A DNA stretch of 45,378 bases, taken from IMG/VR virus record IMGVR_UViG_2563366799_000010, positions 1 to 45,378 of that record; one strand, written 5' to 3'. The position numbers and the translations under genes were made by a program. The stretch comes from a virus. Its lineage: Duplodnaviria > Heunggongvirae > Uroviricota > Caudoviricetes. Below the pieces are notes generated by a model. That model saw only the letters and a program-made list of their open reading frames with translations, was not told where the DNA came from and searched no databases. Below are positions 30,575-39,262 of the stretch, piece after piece (the stretch's first letter is position 1; every line of letters starts with the position of its first letter).

Positions 30575-31101
30575 GCCGCCCTCCTGACGCCCTGCCCGAT
30601 CGCCATCAATGCCGCTTTGGATACGGTAGTAAACATCCGTCGAGGACTGATGAACGGTCGCCAAATCAGCAGCATGGAGCCTTTGCTGTTTCCCTTCTTC
30701 TCCAGCCCTGTCGATGGTTCGATAAAATTAATCCGTCCATCAGTGATAATGCGAACTTCGTCGACACTCTCCAGAGCCTTGCTGAACCATCCGACAGACA
30801 TATCCTCTGGCACAAGCATCACTACCGTCTGTCGCTGTTGTATGCACTGCTCAGCTGCTTTTTCCACCCACGGCCTGATATTGCTGTACGGTGGGTTATT
30901 CCAGATTGCACCGTGACTTACCCACTCAGAATTGAGCGCGTCGTCGGCCTCAGTTAGCCAGTGAGCGCACAGAGCATTTTTGTCGCTCGCTGCCGAATCC
31001 AGCCAGAATCCAAACTCAATATCCAGTGCATCAAAAAGCCAGAGCGGCGTTTGCCAGCAGTCTCTAACTTCTTTTGGTGTTTCTGATTTATGCTTAATCA
31101 T
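30571..31101 (-). CDS. DNA N6-adenine methyltransferase (orphan, phage Dam-like)
   Basis: NPPY catalytic motif present; no adjacent restriction partner recognised. Confidence 0.65.
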   Translation of the reverse strand: MIKHKSETPKEVRDCWQTPLWLFDALDIEFGFWLDSAASDKNALCAHWLTEADDALNSEWVSHGAIWNNPPYSNIRPWVEKAAEQCIQQRQTVVMLVPEDMSVGWFSKALESVDEVRIITDGRINFIEPSTGLEKKGNSKGSMLLIWRPFISPRRMFTTVSKAALMAIGQGVRRAA

Positions 31102-31625
31102 TCACCCCTCGCATATTGTCCGTGATATTTGTTGATAGCCTCACTGGCAACCAAACCAGCAAGCTCAAGATCTTCATAGAACCCAAAATGCAACCGGCCA
31201 AAATCTGTGCGCACTTGAACGGCCCATTTATTTTTTTGCTTGTTCCATAAAACATTTTTTATTCCAGAACGGCTATTGCACTTAGTTTTCTGATTTCGGC
31301 TGTTTGCTATCCGGCTTGCCTCCCTAAGATTTTTTGGGGAATTGTCCAGCCTGTTTCCGTTAATATGGTCAATATTTTTCAATGGCATTCTTTTGTTGTG
31401 CAGCGCAAAAACAACTACGTGAACAAACATCTGAATGCCTGCAAAACACACCTGTCTATACCCAGATCCATTTATCGATGTTTTAATTTCATCTCCGGCC
31501 CGGTGGCTGTGGTTGGGGTGTTTTAGCGAGTCCTTTTTGTATCTGACTGTATCTCCGTCTAAATACAGATAATCCTCAATAAGCCGATACCTATCTGACG
31601 CTGGCGTATTTGATTTGATAGTCAT
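31098..31625 (-). CDS. HNH homing-type endonuclease
   Basis: HINGNRLDNSPKNL HNH motif; start at the internal ATG overlapping the ninB stop. Confidence 0.6.
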   Translation of the reverse strand: MTIKSNTPASDRYRLIEDYLYLDGDTVRYKKDSLKHPNHSHRAGDEIKTSINGSGYRQVCFAGIQMFVHVVVFALHNKRMPLKNIDHINGNRLDNSPKNLREASRIANSRNQKTKCNSRSGIKNVLWNKQKNKWAVQVRTDFGRLHFGFYEDLELAGLVASEAINKYHGQYARGE

Positions 31626-32062
31626 GCAGCCCGATCTCCCCATCGCGCTTTCCATTCGAGAGCCAGTCGCGCTTCGTCTGACCACTTAACGCCACGCTCT
31701 GTACCGAATGCCTGTATAAGCTCTAATAGCTCCGCAAATTCGCTTACACGCATCCTGCTGGTTGACTGGCCTATTACCACAAAGCCATTCCCGGCAAGGT
31801 TAGGAACAACATCCTGCTGCTTTAATGCTGCGGTAAACACACACTTCCAGCTTTCTGCATCCAGCCAGCGCCCATGCCATTCAACCTGACGAGAGACGTC
31901 ACCAAGGCAAGCCCAAAGCTTTCGATTCTGGTCTAAGCTGCGGTTGCGTTCCTGAATGGTTACTACGATTGGTTTGGTTGGGTCTGGAAGAATTTGCTGT
32001 ACCTCGTGAATAGCGTTTTGCTGATGTGCTGGAGATCGAATTTCAAAGGTCAGTTTTTTCAT
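31622..32062 (-). CDS. ninB: NinB recombination protein
   Basis: 146-aa protein essentially matching lambda NinB as recalled. Confidence 0.8.
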   Translation of the reverse strand: MKKLTFEIRSPAHQQNAIHEVQQILPDPTKPIVVTIQERNRSLDQNRKLWACLGDVSRQVEWHGRWLDAESWKCVFTAALKQQDVVPNLAGNGFVVIGQSTSRMRVSEFAELLELIQAFGTERGVKWSDEARLALEWKARWGDRAA

Positions 32063-32255
32063 GACTTCCCTCTCTAACAGATTTCAGGTTATTCCACTCC
32101 GTTACCGCACTGCGATAATTCGCTGCCGCCACAGCGGCGTGGTTAGCGCAGTAGATTTGGCACCCGCTCTCCATGTCGAATATTGTCGGTGATTTTCCGC
32201 ATTTACATTTTTTGGCACGCGGTGCGTCTGAACACATTCCGTTAACGGTGTCCAT
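32043..32255 (-). CDS. Small Cys-rich hypothetical protein
   Basis: 70-aa ORF with CKCG..C..YC pattern, overlapping the ninB start. Confidence 0.3.
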   Translation of the reverse strand: MDTVNGMCSDAPRAKKCKCGKSPTIFDMESGCQIYCANHAAVAAANYRSAVTEWNNLKSVREGSHEKTDL

Positions 32256-32280
32256 CAGGATCCCCCTCGTTCTTAATCCA

Positions 32281-32310
32281 ATAAAAAAGGGCTACTGTGT
32301 AAATAGCCCC
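32281..32310 (-). terminator. Rho-independent terminator downstream of ren (tR2-equivalent)
   Basis: Minus-strand hairpin GGGCUA-loop-UAGCCC followed by UUUUUUAUU. Confidence 0.55.
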
Positions 32311-32336
32311 TGTTATTAGCTCAGTGATGTAGATGG

Positions 32337-32627
32337 TCATTGCCTTACCTCCATAAGCGCCCTATTAATAAACGCCGTCATTGGATTTGCACATCCCCAC
32401 CCCGTACCATCTGGATTTCTTTTAATTGGCTCCTTCTTCACTTTGCGTTTTGCATAAATAACCGTCTTCCACTTACGCTCAACAACACTCAAATGTCCTT
32501 GTTTCACCATATGCCTTGCTGCTTTAGCGATTCTGTTATTTGGTATTCCGGTGATCAGTGCTAATTCATGTGGGGAGAATTGTTCATGAGTTTTCAGATA
32601 TTCCAGGATGATTTCTTTTCCAGTCAC
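32337..32627 (-). CDS. Ren-like protein
   Basis: 96 aa, starts MTGKE like lambda Ren as recalled, same size and position; overlaps the DnaC-like gene stop. Confidence 0.45.
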   Translation of the reverse strand: MTGKEIILEYLKTHEQFSPHELALITGIPNNRIAKAARHMVKQGHLSVVERKWKTVIYAKRKVKKEPIKRNPDGTGWGCANPMTAFINRALMEVRQ

Positions 32628-33517
32628 GATCTGCTCCTGTAACTATCCCATGTAAACGCAAGAGTGCACCCTCCGCCATCATTCATCCTGTCAATAACAC
32701 GCTCACCAATGAATGCCGAAAGTTCATCTTTGCTCTGATTACTAATCAGGATTGTTGGCTTCATGTATTCATATCTGGTGTTGATAATTTCGAACATGAT
32801 TAGCTTTTCAGCATCACTGCCGAACTGCACGCCAACCTCATCGATTATTAACAAGTCAGGATGCGTAAATTGCCTAATGACTTCTTCTTCAGTTCTGGTT
32901 GCGGCCTTAGACCATGTTGATTTGTACTCTCTGGCAATTTTCAACGCAGTGGTAAATATCACAGAGCTTTGATGCTCGATAATGGCGTGCCTAGCGATAG
33001 CCAGTGCAAGGTGGTTCTTTCCAGTTCCAGGCTTACCACACATGACCAGTCCGCCACCTTTCTGAAGGCGTTCAGGCCACTTACTGGCATATGCCTGGCA
33101 TACCTTAAGAACTCGCTTTGCATCATCGTTAACAGGCTCATAATTCTGAAGAGTGCAATTTTTGAACCTCTCTGGAATATTGAGAGAATTCAACAAATAT
33201 TCAATTTTTGATTGTCTTGCTCTTTGTTCTGCCTGCTCACGTTCAATCTCTTTCTTACGAATTTTCTCCTCAAGGCACTGTGGGCACTCAGATTTACTTG
33301 AAGTAATTCTTTTTCCTGAGATGGTCAGATATTTCTCATAGGAAGTATATTTACCGTGTTTCTCGCACTCTTCCACTGTGCTGGTAACTGACATTCCATC
33401 TGATGCTGATCCAATTTTGCTAAACTCAAGTTTCTGTTTCAGATCAGAAATGTCATTGATTTTTGAGTCTACAAGTTGCCTTTGCAGTGCCAGATTGTAA
33501 CCATTTGTCGTATTCAT
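32624..33517 (-). CDS. DnaC-like helicase loader (AAA+ ATPase)
   Basis: Walker A GKPGTGKNHLA and Walker B LLIIDEVG; ORF track start is at 33535. Confidence 0.7.
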   Translation of the reverse strand: MNTTNGYNLALQRQLVDSKINDISDLKQKLEFSKIGSASDGMSVTSTVEECEKHGKYTSYEKYLTISGKRITSSKSECPQCLEEKIRKKEIEREQAEQRARQSKIEYLLNSLNIPERFKNCTLQNYEPVNDDAKRVLKVCQAYASKWPERLQKGGGLVMCGKPGTGKNHLALAIARHAIIEHQSSVIFTTALKIAREYKSTWSKAATRTEEEVIRQFTHPDLLIIDEVGVQFGSDAEKLIMFEIINTRYEYMKPTILISNQSKDELSAFIGERVIDRMNDGGGCTLAFTWDSYRSRS

Positions 33518-33519
33518 AT

Positions 33520-34365
33520 TCACTCCTGCGCCCATGAAGGCATTTCAGTTTGCCCGTAATCTTTGGCGGCAAAGTTTTCCTGCATAGCTCGCTGCTGCGG
33601 CCTCGGTTGAGATTTCCCCTTTGGAGTCTTGGGTTCAAAAATCCCCTGCCAACCACTGGCGATGCTCTGGTTTATAATTTCTTCAGGTGTATATCCCTTC
33701 TCCAGACTTCTGCTTAGAACGTTGATAGCCTGAGTGACGCTTTGCTTAGACTTGATCGACTTACCTATCTCCTTGCGATAGGTAACCCACGACAACCATG
33801 TTTCTGCCGATAACCAATCAGGCAACTCTGTTTCTAGCGGGTCGAACTTCTGAGAAATTTTTTTGGGGGATATAGGGGGTTTATTAATATTTTCTTTTGT
33901 CTTTAAAGAATGTCTTTTGTGTGTCTCTAACTTCGAGACATTGAGTGTCTCTAATTTGGAGACATTTTTTGTCTCTAACTTCGAGACAAAGTTGCTAACT
34001 TGGAGACACTTGCTGAATTGCCACGCAGATACCTCCCTGTTTACACCGATTTGATTTCCATCCATAAACAGGCAATTCATTGAAATCAGTTCTTTTTTAG
34101 CCTTGTTAACATTCTGCCTTGATAGTCCTGTTAACTGAGCAATTTGCTCATCGGCTATTCGATCTGTTTTCTTATTGAATCCATATGTTTTCCGGACGTA
34201 GGCCAGCATAACTTTCAACTGGCGAGCGGTTAAATCGGCACTTGCGATAGCTTCCAGCAGCTCGTTAGCGAATCTGGTGTAACCATCATCGATATCAGCC
34301 ACTCTTAGCTCCTGTTCGGCAAAGTTACCTCTGCCGAAGTTGAGTATTTTTGCTGTATTTGTCAT
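33520..34365 (-). CDS. Replication initiator (lambda O-like)
   Basis: 281-aa ORF; internal repeats VSKLET x3 are encoded by origin iterons lying inside the gene. Confidence 0.7.
   Translation of the reverse strand: MTNTAKILNFGRGNFAEQELRVADIDDGYTRFANELLEAIASADLTARQLKVMLAYVRKTYGFNKKTDRIADEQIAQLTGLSRQNVNKAKKELISMNCLFMDGNQIGVNREVSAWQFSKCLQVSNFVSKLETKNVSKLETLNVSKLETHKRHSLKTKENINKPPISPKKISQKFDPLETELPDWLSAETWLSWVTYRKEIGKSIKSKQSVTQAINVLSRSLEKGYTPEEIINQSIASGWQGIFEPKTPKGKSQPRPQQRAMQENFAAKDYGQTEMPSWAQE
33922..34008. repeat. Replication origin: four 19-bp iterons (TGTCTCTAACTTCGAGACA-like) at 24-bp spacing, flanked by an AT-rich tract (33850-33920)
   Basis: Read directly: copies at 33922, 33946, 33970 and a degenerate one near 33990, each an inverted repeat TGTCTC...GAGACA. 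Confidence 0.65.
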
Positions 34366-34397
34366 AATGACTCCTGTGGATTGATCCAGTAATTACC

Positions 34398-34694
34398 TCA
34401 GAATTGCATATCAATTTGCTTAAAATCCTCGGTGGCGGCCGGGGATTTTTTCTTTGTGATTTCATCAAGCGCATACTTAAAAGCCCTGCTAATCGGACTG
34501 ATGTCTGATGCCATTCCGAAAGCACACAAGACCGAAGCAATAAATCTCCAGTCCGTTCTGCTTATCTTCGATTCATGACAGCCAATCATCTTTGCCAGAC
34601 CGCGCTGGGTAAGCGTTGACAGGTTGATGAGTAAATCTGTTTCTGCGCGATCAATTTCTCGCTGTGTTGGCTTGCTGTAACTTGCTTGTGTCAT
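34398..34694 (-). CDS. CII-like transcriptional activator
   Basis: 98 aa; C-terminal KKKSPAATEDFKQIDMQF resembles the lambda CII C-terminus as recalled; position downstream of cro. Confidence 0.55.
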   Translation of the reverse strand: MTQASYSKPTQREIDRAETDLLINLSTLTQRGLAKMIGCHESKISRTDWRFIASVLCAFGMASDISPISRAFKYALDEITKKKSPAATEDFKQIDMQF

Positions 34695-34778
34695 TTGTTA
34701 ATTTTCCAATAGTGAATAGTTAGTTGAAAGGTATGCGTGGAAACACATATGGCCTTAGTTGGTCAGATATCTTGGGGC

Positions 34779-34823
34779 TCGCTTTGTCAGCGACGTAGGA
34801 CGAATGTCCATTGTGAAAAGAGC
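34779..34823 (-). promoter_or_regulatory. nutR-like site (boxA-like CGCTCTTTTCA and boxB hairpin UCGCUGACAAAGCGA)
   Basis: Read on the minus strand between cro and cII; boxB has a GACAA pentaloop like the P22-type boxB upstream of N. Confidence 0.4.
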
Positions 34824-34831
34824 GGTGTTAC

Positions 34832-35065
34832 TTATGCTGCTGATGCTCTACGCGATACGAACACCAGGTTTTCCTTTTTCACGGGTTTATAGGCCGTGAA
34901 ATTACGAGTAGCTTCTTCGATTGCATTCGCTTTATCAGGGGAAGCTCTTCGAAATCCATATGCAATCTGGTCAAGATAGCCAACTGAAGTTTTCGCTAAT
35001 GCGGCGAGTCGCTTCCATTCCTCACTAGAAGCCTCTTTTCGCCAGCGTAGTAGTTCATTACTCAT
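34832..35065 (-). CDS. Cro-like repressor
   Basis: 77-aa ORF divergent from cI with a GGAGG RBS. Confidence 0.55.
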   Translation of the reverse strand: MSNELLRWRKEASSEEWKRLAALAKTSVGYLDQIAYGFRRASPDKANAIEEATRNFTAYKPVKKENLVFVSRRASAA

Positions 35066-35178
35066 TAGTGCCTCCGTTTATCATACAGAATAACTTTACC
35101 ATTTTGATAAATCAACCGCAATGTAAATTTATCATATTGCGTATTTATCCATTTGCTAAATAGAGGGAAAATTGTGAG
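35066..35178. promoter_or_regulatory. Right operator region with divergent promoters for cI and cro
   Basis: Four TTTATCA-type operator-like motifs including the palindrome TTGATAAATCAA; candidate -10 TAAAGT on the minus strand. Confidence 0.5.
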
Positions 35179-35883
35179 ATGGAAAACAAAGATATTCGCA
35201 AATCGAATCTGGCGTTTTTGCTAGATGAGCATAAAAAAATCGCGGGTAACACTAATGCAAGCTTTGCCGATAAGCTTGGGGTTAGCCCTTCTCAACTCAC
35301 GCAAGTCTCCGGTGAAAAAAGCACTCGAAACATAGGGGATAAACTAGCAAGAAAATTTGAAGCCGCACTTGGGTTACCTAATGGGTGGCTTGATTTGGTA
35401 CATGATGTAACACCAATTGCATCATGCTCAGATTCTTTAACTTTTGTCGGTCAGGTAAGAAAAGGGTTAGTGCGCGTGGTTGGTGAGGCAATTCTTGGTG
35501 TTGATGGTGCCATCGAGATGACCGAAGAGCGCGATGGGTGGCTCAAAATTTATAGCGATGATCCAGATGCCTTTGGCCTTCGTGTGAAAGGAGACAGCAT
35601 GTGGCCTAGAATAAAATCAGGAGAATATGTACTCATTGAGCCTAACACCAAAGTATTCCCGGGTGATGAGGTGTTTGTCAGAACCGTTGAAGGACACAAC
35701 ATGATTAAGGTTCTTGGCTATGACAGAGATGGAGAATACCAATTTACAAGCATCAACCAAGACCACAGGCCAATAACGTTGCCTTATCATCAAGTAGCAA
35801 AGGTGGAGTATGTGGCTGGTATTCTGAAGCAATCTCGCCATCTGGATGACATCGAGGCAAGGGAGTGGCTGAAAAGTTCGTGA
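35179..35883 (+). CDS. CI-type repressor (HTH plus S24 LexA-like autopeptidase)
   Basis: N-terminal HTH region; C-terminal S24 motif GDSMWPRIKSGEYVLIEPN with the catalytic Ser/Lys pattern. Confidence 0.85.
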   Translation: MENKDIRKSNLAFLLDEHKKIAGNTNASFADKLGVSPSQLTQVSGEKSTRNIGDKLARKFEAALGLPNGWLDLVHDVTPIASCSDSLTFVGQVRKGLVRVVGEAILGVDGAIEMTEERDGWLKIYSDDPDAFGLRVKGDSMWPRIKSGEYVLIEPNTKVFPGDEVFVRTVEGHNMIKVLGYDRDGEYQFTSINQDHRPITLPYHQVAKVEYVAGILKQSRHLDDIEAREWLKSS

Positions 35884-36083
35884 CTTCATCGTCCCATAGC
35901 TGATAGCCAGTGGCCTGAAGAGACGTTTGGGTGATGGGCAAGGTGTTCTGGTCGGCGCATAGCTGGTGAAAAAATTATTTAATGCGGTGTATTGGCTGAT
36001 TGTAACCCCATGTAACATCTTGCCGTCACCATTTCGGTGGTTAGATTTTTAATAAAAAAAACAAATGTATAGCAAGGTTTTTT

Positions 36084-36563
36084 ATGGATAAAATTAATTA
36101 CCCACCCCTGTTTGAGCCAGGGTTCCATGACATGGATGAAGCTGGATTAAAATCGTATTGTGTCGATTGCTTTCCTTCATCATCCAGGCGAGGCATGCTA
36201 TACTGTAATTTTATACAGCTACTCGAATCTATTCGAGAATTATCTGCTCAATATGGCTGTTTTACAGAAATATGGGTTGATGGTTCATACACCACGTCTA
36301 AACCAGAGCCTGATGATATTGATATTTTGTTGGTATGTGACTATAGCAATATAAACTCAATACCTGTCATGCTTCGGGGCCGCGTCGATAATTTGCTTGA
36401 CCGAAACTACATCAAACAAAACTACAAAATTGATGTCCTACTACTCATGAAGAATTTAGATGACCCTAACTATGATTATGAGTACTGGCGTAGCTACTGG
36501 CGCGGTTGGTTTGGTTTTGATCGCAGTGAAAACCCGAAAGGGTTAGTGAGGATTTTTTTATGA
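36084..36563 (+). CDS. Small nucleotidyltransferase-fold protein (minimal NTase-like), gene 1 of a cargo operon
   Basis: Motif ...WVDGSYTTSKPEPDDIDILLV (GS at residues 67-68, DxD at 78-80) fits the Pol-beta NTase signature; AAGG RBS; AT-rich. Confidence 0.55.
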   Translation: MDKINYPPLFEPGFHDMDEAGLKSYCVDCFPSSSRRGMLYCNFIQLLESIRELSAQYGCFTEIWVDGSYTTSKPEPDDIDILLVCDYSNINSIPVMLRGRVDNLLDRNYIKQNYKIDVLLLMKNLDDPNYDYEYWRSYWRGWFGFDRSENPKGLVRIFL

Positions 36564-37492
36564 ATGATAAATCAATGTTTAAAAATTGCGATAAACGCAT
36601 TGATTTCATTCAAAAAGAAGTCGATGCAATGAAGCAAAACAAAACCAGGTCCTTTGCTGACATGCTTCTTTATCGCTCCATGGATTCTCATCTGAGCGAT
36701 TTGAAGGCCGAAAAATTAAAGCAAGATAGTCGGCACCCACTTATCGATTTTTTTGAGCTGCGGCTGAAAGGCTCTGAGGTTGACTTTGGCTCTATTCCTT
36801 TAGAGCTGCTTGGGGCTATTTCAACAAATCTTGCAGCGCTAATACAAAGAGCAACACACAAAATTGCCTCAGGCAAGGACTCAAAAAAAGTTCCCTACGA
36901 CGTGAAAAGCTCCTTAAACCTCAGGCTGGCTGATTTATCCCCTGGGTCTACAAAATTGGGCGTCACCTTCTCTACAGGAATAGCAGAATTAGTAGAAACA
37001 GTACCCAGCAAGGCTGTAAAAGGCATATTCGATTTGTTGTTAAGCGATGACGACAACAACTTCATGAATCACGTCGCTGAAATTGGATACAATTCCACTG
37101 TAAGCCTTAAGAGAATCGTAGAGGAATGCGATAAACACAACTTAACATTTGATGCAAGTTGGACCGGTCCATTTAGTAATGGCACCAAGGTGGCAACTAT
37201 TGACTCCAATAAAATTAAGTACTTGGTGAGTAGACTTACATCAACCATTTCATCCCCTCCCATTACTGAAACGGTTACAGGCGAACTGGTCGTTCTATCC
37301 AAATATGGGAAGCTGGAGCTTGATGTTGGTGGTGAACATTTAAAGGCTTCCTATCCGATTGAAATGCTAGATTTAATACAAAAAAAACACAAGGTCGGAC
37401 AGATTGTTTCTCTTTTAGTGGAGACTACTGAGATTCACAATGATCGCATAGGTCTGTACCGTAAAAACCATCTTGTTAAATCGGTTCTTTAA
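36560..37492 (+). CDS. Hypothetical 310-aa protein, gene 2 of the cargo operon
   Basis: ATGA start/stop overlap with gene 1 implies translational coupling; soluble, mixed alpha/beta character, no recognisable motif. Confidence 0.55.
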   Translation: MNDKSMFKNCDKRIDFIQKEVDAMKQNKTRSFADMLLYRSMDSHLSDLKAEKLKQDSRHPLIDFFELRLKGSEVDFGSIPLELLGAISTNLAALIQRATHKIASGKDSKKVPYDVKSSLNLRLADLSPGSTKLGVTFSTGIAELVETVPSKAVKGIFDLLLSDDDNNFMNHVAEIGYNSTVSLKRIVEECDKHNLTFDASWTGPFSNGTKVATIDSNKIKYLVSRLTSTISSPPITETVTGELVVLSKYGKLELDVGGEHLKASYPIEMLDLIQKKHKVGQIVSLLVETTEIHNDRIGLYRKNHLVKSVL

Positions 37493-37499
37493 TATCTCA

Positions 37500-37526
37500 C
37501 CCGGCCTCAGCGCCGGGTTTTCTTTG
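37500..37526 (+). terminator. Rho-independent terminator ending the cI-cargo operon
   Basis: CCCGGC-CTCAGC-GCCGGG hairpin followed by TTTTCTTTG, 8 nt after the stop codon. Confidence 0.65.
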
Positions 37527-37704
37527 CCTCTCGATCCCCCACCTAAAAAAACATAACTCATTGTATTTATTGAAGAACTGATTGATACAACTTGCTAAAC
37601 CACGCAATCCAGATCTCCCTCAAATCTCTTTATTTATCCTGTCGAATTCCTACAACAAAATAAAACACCATAAGAATCAATACGATATTTGAAAATCAAA
37701 AGAA

Positions 37705-37760
37705 TTTATCATTTTGCTATTGCCATTAATTTATCATTCCGATAAAGTTTACCCATCAGC
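37705..37760 (+). promoter_or_regulatory. Left operator / pL candidate
   Basis: TTGCCA-17 nt-TAAAGT (37720..37748) overlapping TTTATCA-type operator motifs like those at the right operator. Confidence 0.4.
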
Positions 37761-37816
37761 AGGACGCACTACTCACCAGGGCGGTGAATATACAACGATT
37801 CGAATATGAATCTACG

Positions 37817-37831
37817 GCGCTGACAAAGCGC
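37817..37831 (+). promoter_or_regulatory. nutL boxB hairpin (GCGCUGACAAAGCGC)
   Basis: Perfect 5-bp stem with GACAA pentaloop, matching the P22-type boxB as recalled; upstream of the N-like gene. Confidence 0.5.
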
Positions 37832-38092
37832 AATAACCAAAGTGAACTTTGGGGTGTGGTGAAGCCAGCTAGTCACTGGCAAGTGCTTACCTACTGTTGA
37901 GCGGTGAAGCGCTCCCAACGCTAGCAATAGCGTGGACGAGATGGGGAGCCGCGGGCGATAAGGCCGCCATAACGCGCACGTTGTCGCATGGAAAAATCAC
38001 TGGGGTGCCGGTTATACCCCTCCGAATGAGACTCAACAAGCTGGAGCTAGACTACCAGCCACCACACCACCAAAGTTCATCAGGAGGTCTAT

Positions 38093-38476
38093 ATGACACG
38101 CAGAACTCAGTTCAAAGGCAATTCACGTTCTCGTCGTCGTGAGCGTTTAAAGGCAAAGGCATTAGCTAACGGCGTACTGGCCCGCGAAGAAGCAATAAGT
38201 TCAGAAGTATTACACCGCCCTACTCTAAGCAGAGCGCAGATTCAGGCTAAAGGTACTCACGAAACGCCTGAGCGCATAGAAGACGCTAAGCCAATTAAGT
38301 TCATGGCACAGGACGTGATCTGGCAACATAAAGAATACAGACGCAATCTGGAGAGAGCGGCCATTGTGTACGCGAATGATTTTGGACATAAGCAACCAGA
38401 AACTGGTGTATGTCTTCCAAACGTAGCCATTTACGCGGCAGGATACCGGAAATCAAAACAACTGACAGCGAGGTAA
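38093..38476 (+). CDS. N-like transcription antiterminator (P22 gp24-like)
   Basis: N-terminal Arg-rich motif TRRTQFKGNSRSRRRERLK; C-terminus LPNVAIYAAGYRKSKQLTAR resembles P22 gp24 as recalled. Confidence 0.65.
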   Translation: MTRRTQFKGNSRSRRRERLKAKALANGVLAREEAISSEVLHRPTLSRAQIQAKGTHETPERIEDAKPIKFMAQDVIWQHKEYRRNLERAAIVYANDFGHKQPETGVCLPNVAIYAAGYRKSKQLTAR

Positions 38477-38479
38477 GTG

Positions 38480-38704
38480 ATGAATCAGACATACATTCCA
38501 TCATGCTTGAGAAATCTGCCAAAGCAGAAAGCAAAGCCCCGCAAGCAAGCCATAAAGGACGCTAAGGCAGAGGTTATTGATCAAGCAATACAATTGCTCA
38601 GGAAGGAGTTAAGAAGTGGCAAGCTCGAAGGAATGATGATGCCCTATCAGCGCGGATATCTATCGGCGATTAGTAAGTTGGAAGTATTGAAGAGTGAATT
38701 ATGA
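38480..38704 (+). CDS. Small hypothetical early protein (ral-position)
   Basis: 74-aa ORF starting right after the N-like gene stop. Confidence 0.35.
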   Translation: MNQTYIPSCLRNLPKQKAKPRKQAIKDAKAEVIDQAIQLLRKELRSGKLEGMMMPYQRGYLSAISKLEVLKSEL

Positions 38705-38766
38705 ACTATCTGGAATTTCCGGATGGTTCATTGTTTTGGCAGCAAACCACTTATTTGAGGTGAGAT

Positions 38767-39216
38767 ATGGAAGAACAAGCAAACAAGATTCTCGTAGAGC
38801 TACTGCAAAAAGCCAGTAATGGAATAGACGCGGCTGTTTCATTCAGCCAGGCACAGATTCCTGATGTTGTTCATCAGTTGCTGCTATGGAATATGGTTGA
38901 CAGTCTGATTAAAACATTAATGGCCATTCTAACAATCCCACTGGTTTTCTGGTTTATGAAGAAGCAGTGCCAAAGAGTTGAGACAGGTAAAATCGGTGAT
39001 GAAGGATATTCATGGGAGAAAGGAAATCCCAAATACATGCCGACAATGGTTTGGGATAGCAAAGGTGATATTAATCTTCTTATCATGCCATTGGTTGTAG
39101 TTTTGACTCTGTGGGGGATTTTTATTATTGGTGTAGTAACCAATATGACTTGGTTAAAAATTTGGCTGGCCCCAAAGCTTTACCTTATCGAATATGCAGC
39201 ATCATTGGTTAAGTAA
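38767..39216 (+). CDS. Membrane protein with two predicted transmembrane helices (sieB-position)
   Basis: Hydrophobic segments at about residues 50-70 and 105-130. Confidence 0.45.
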   Translation: MEEQANKILVELLQKASNGIDAAVSFSQAQIPDVVHQLLLWNMVDSLIKTLMAILTIPLVFWFMKKQCQRVETGKIGDEGYSWEKGNPKYMPTMVWDSKGDINLLIMPLVVVLTLWGIFIIGVVTNMTWLKIWLAPKLYLIEYAASLVK

Positions 39217-39262
39217 TTTCAGGCCGCATAGTCGGCCTTTATTTTGGGCATAAACAACAGAG

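Noticed and set aside
33922-34008. Regularly spaced direct repeats that could be mistaken for a CRISPR array
   Set aside because: Only four copies at 24-bp period, each an inverted repeat, lying inside the O-like gene next to an AT-rich tract: origin iterons, not CRISPR.
35617-36018. 133-aa minus-strand ORF overlapping the end of cI and the cI-cargo intergenic region
   Set aside because: Overlaps the well-supported cI coding region antisense and has no RBS; the intergenic part more plausibly holds a weak hairpin and the cargo operon ribosome-binding site.
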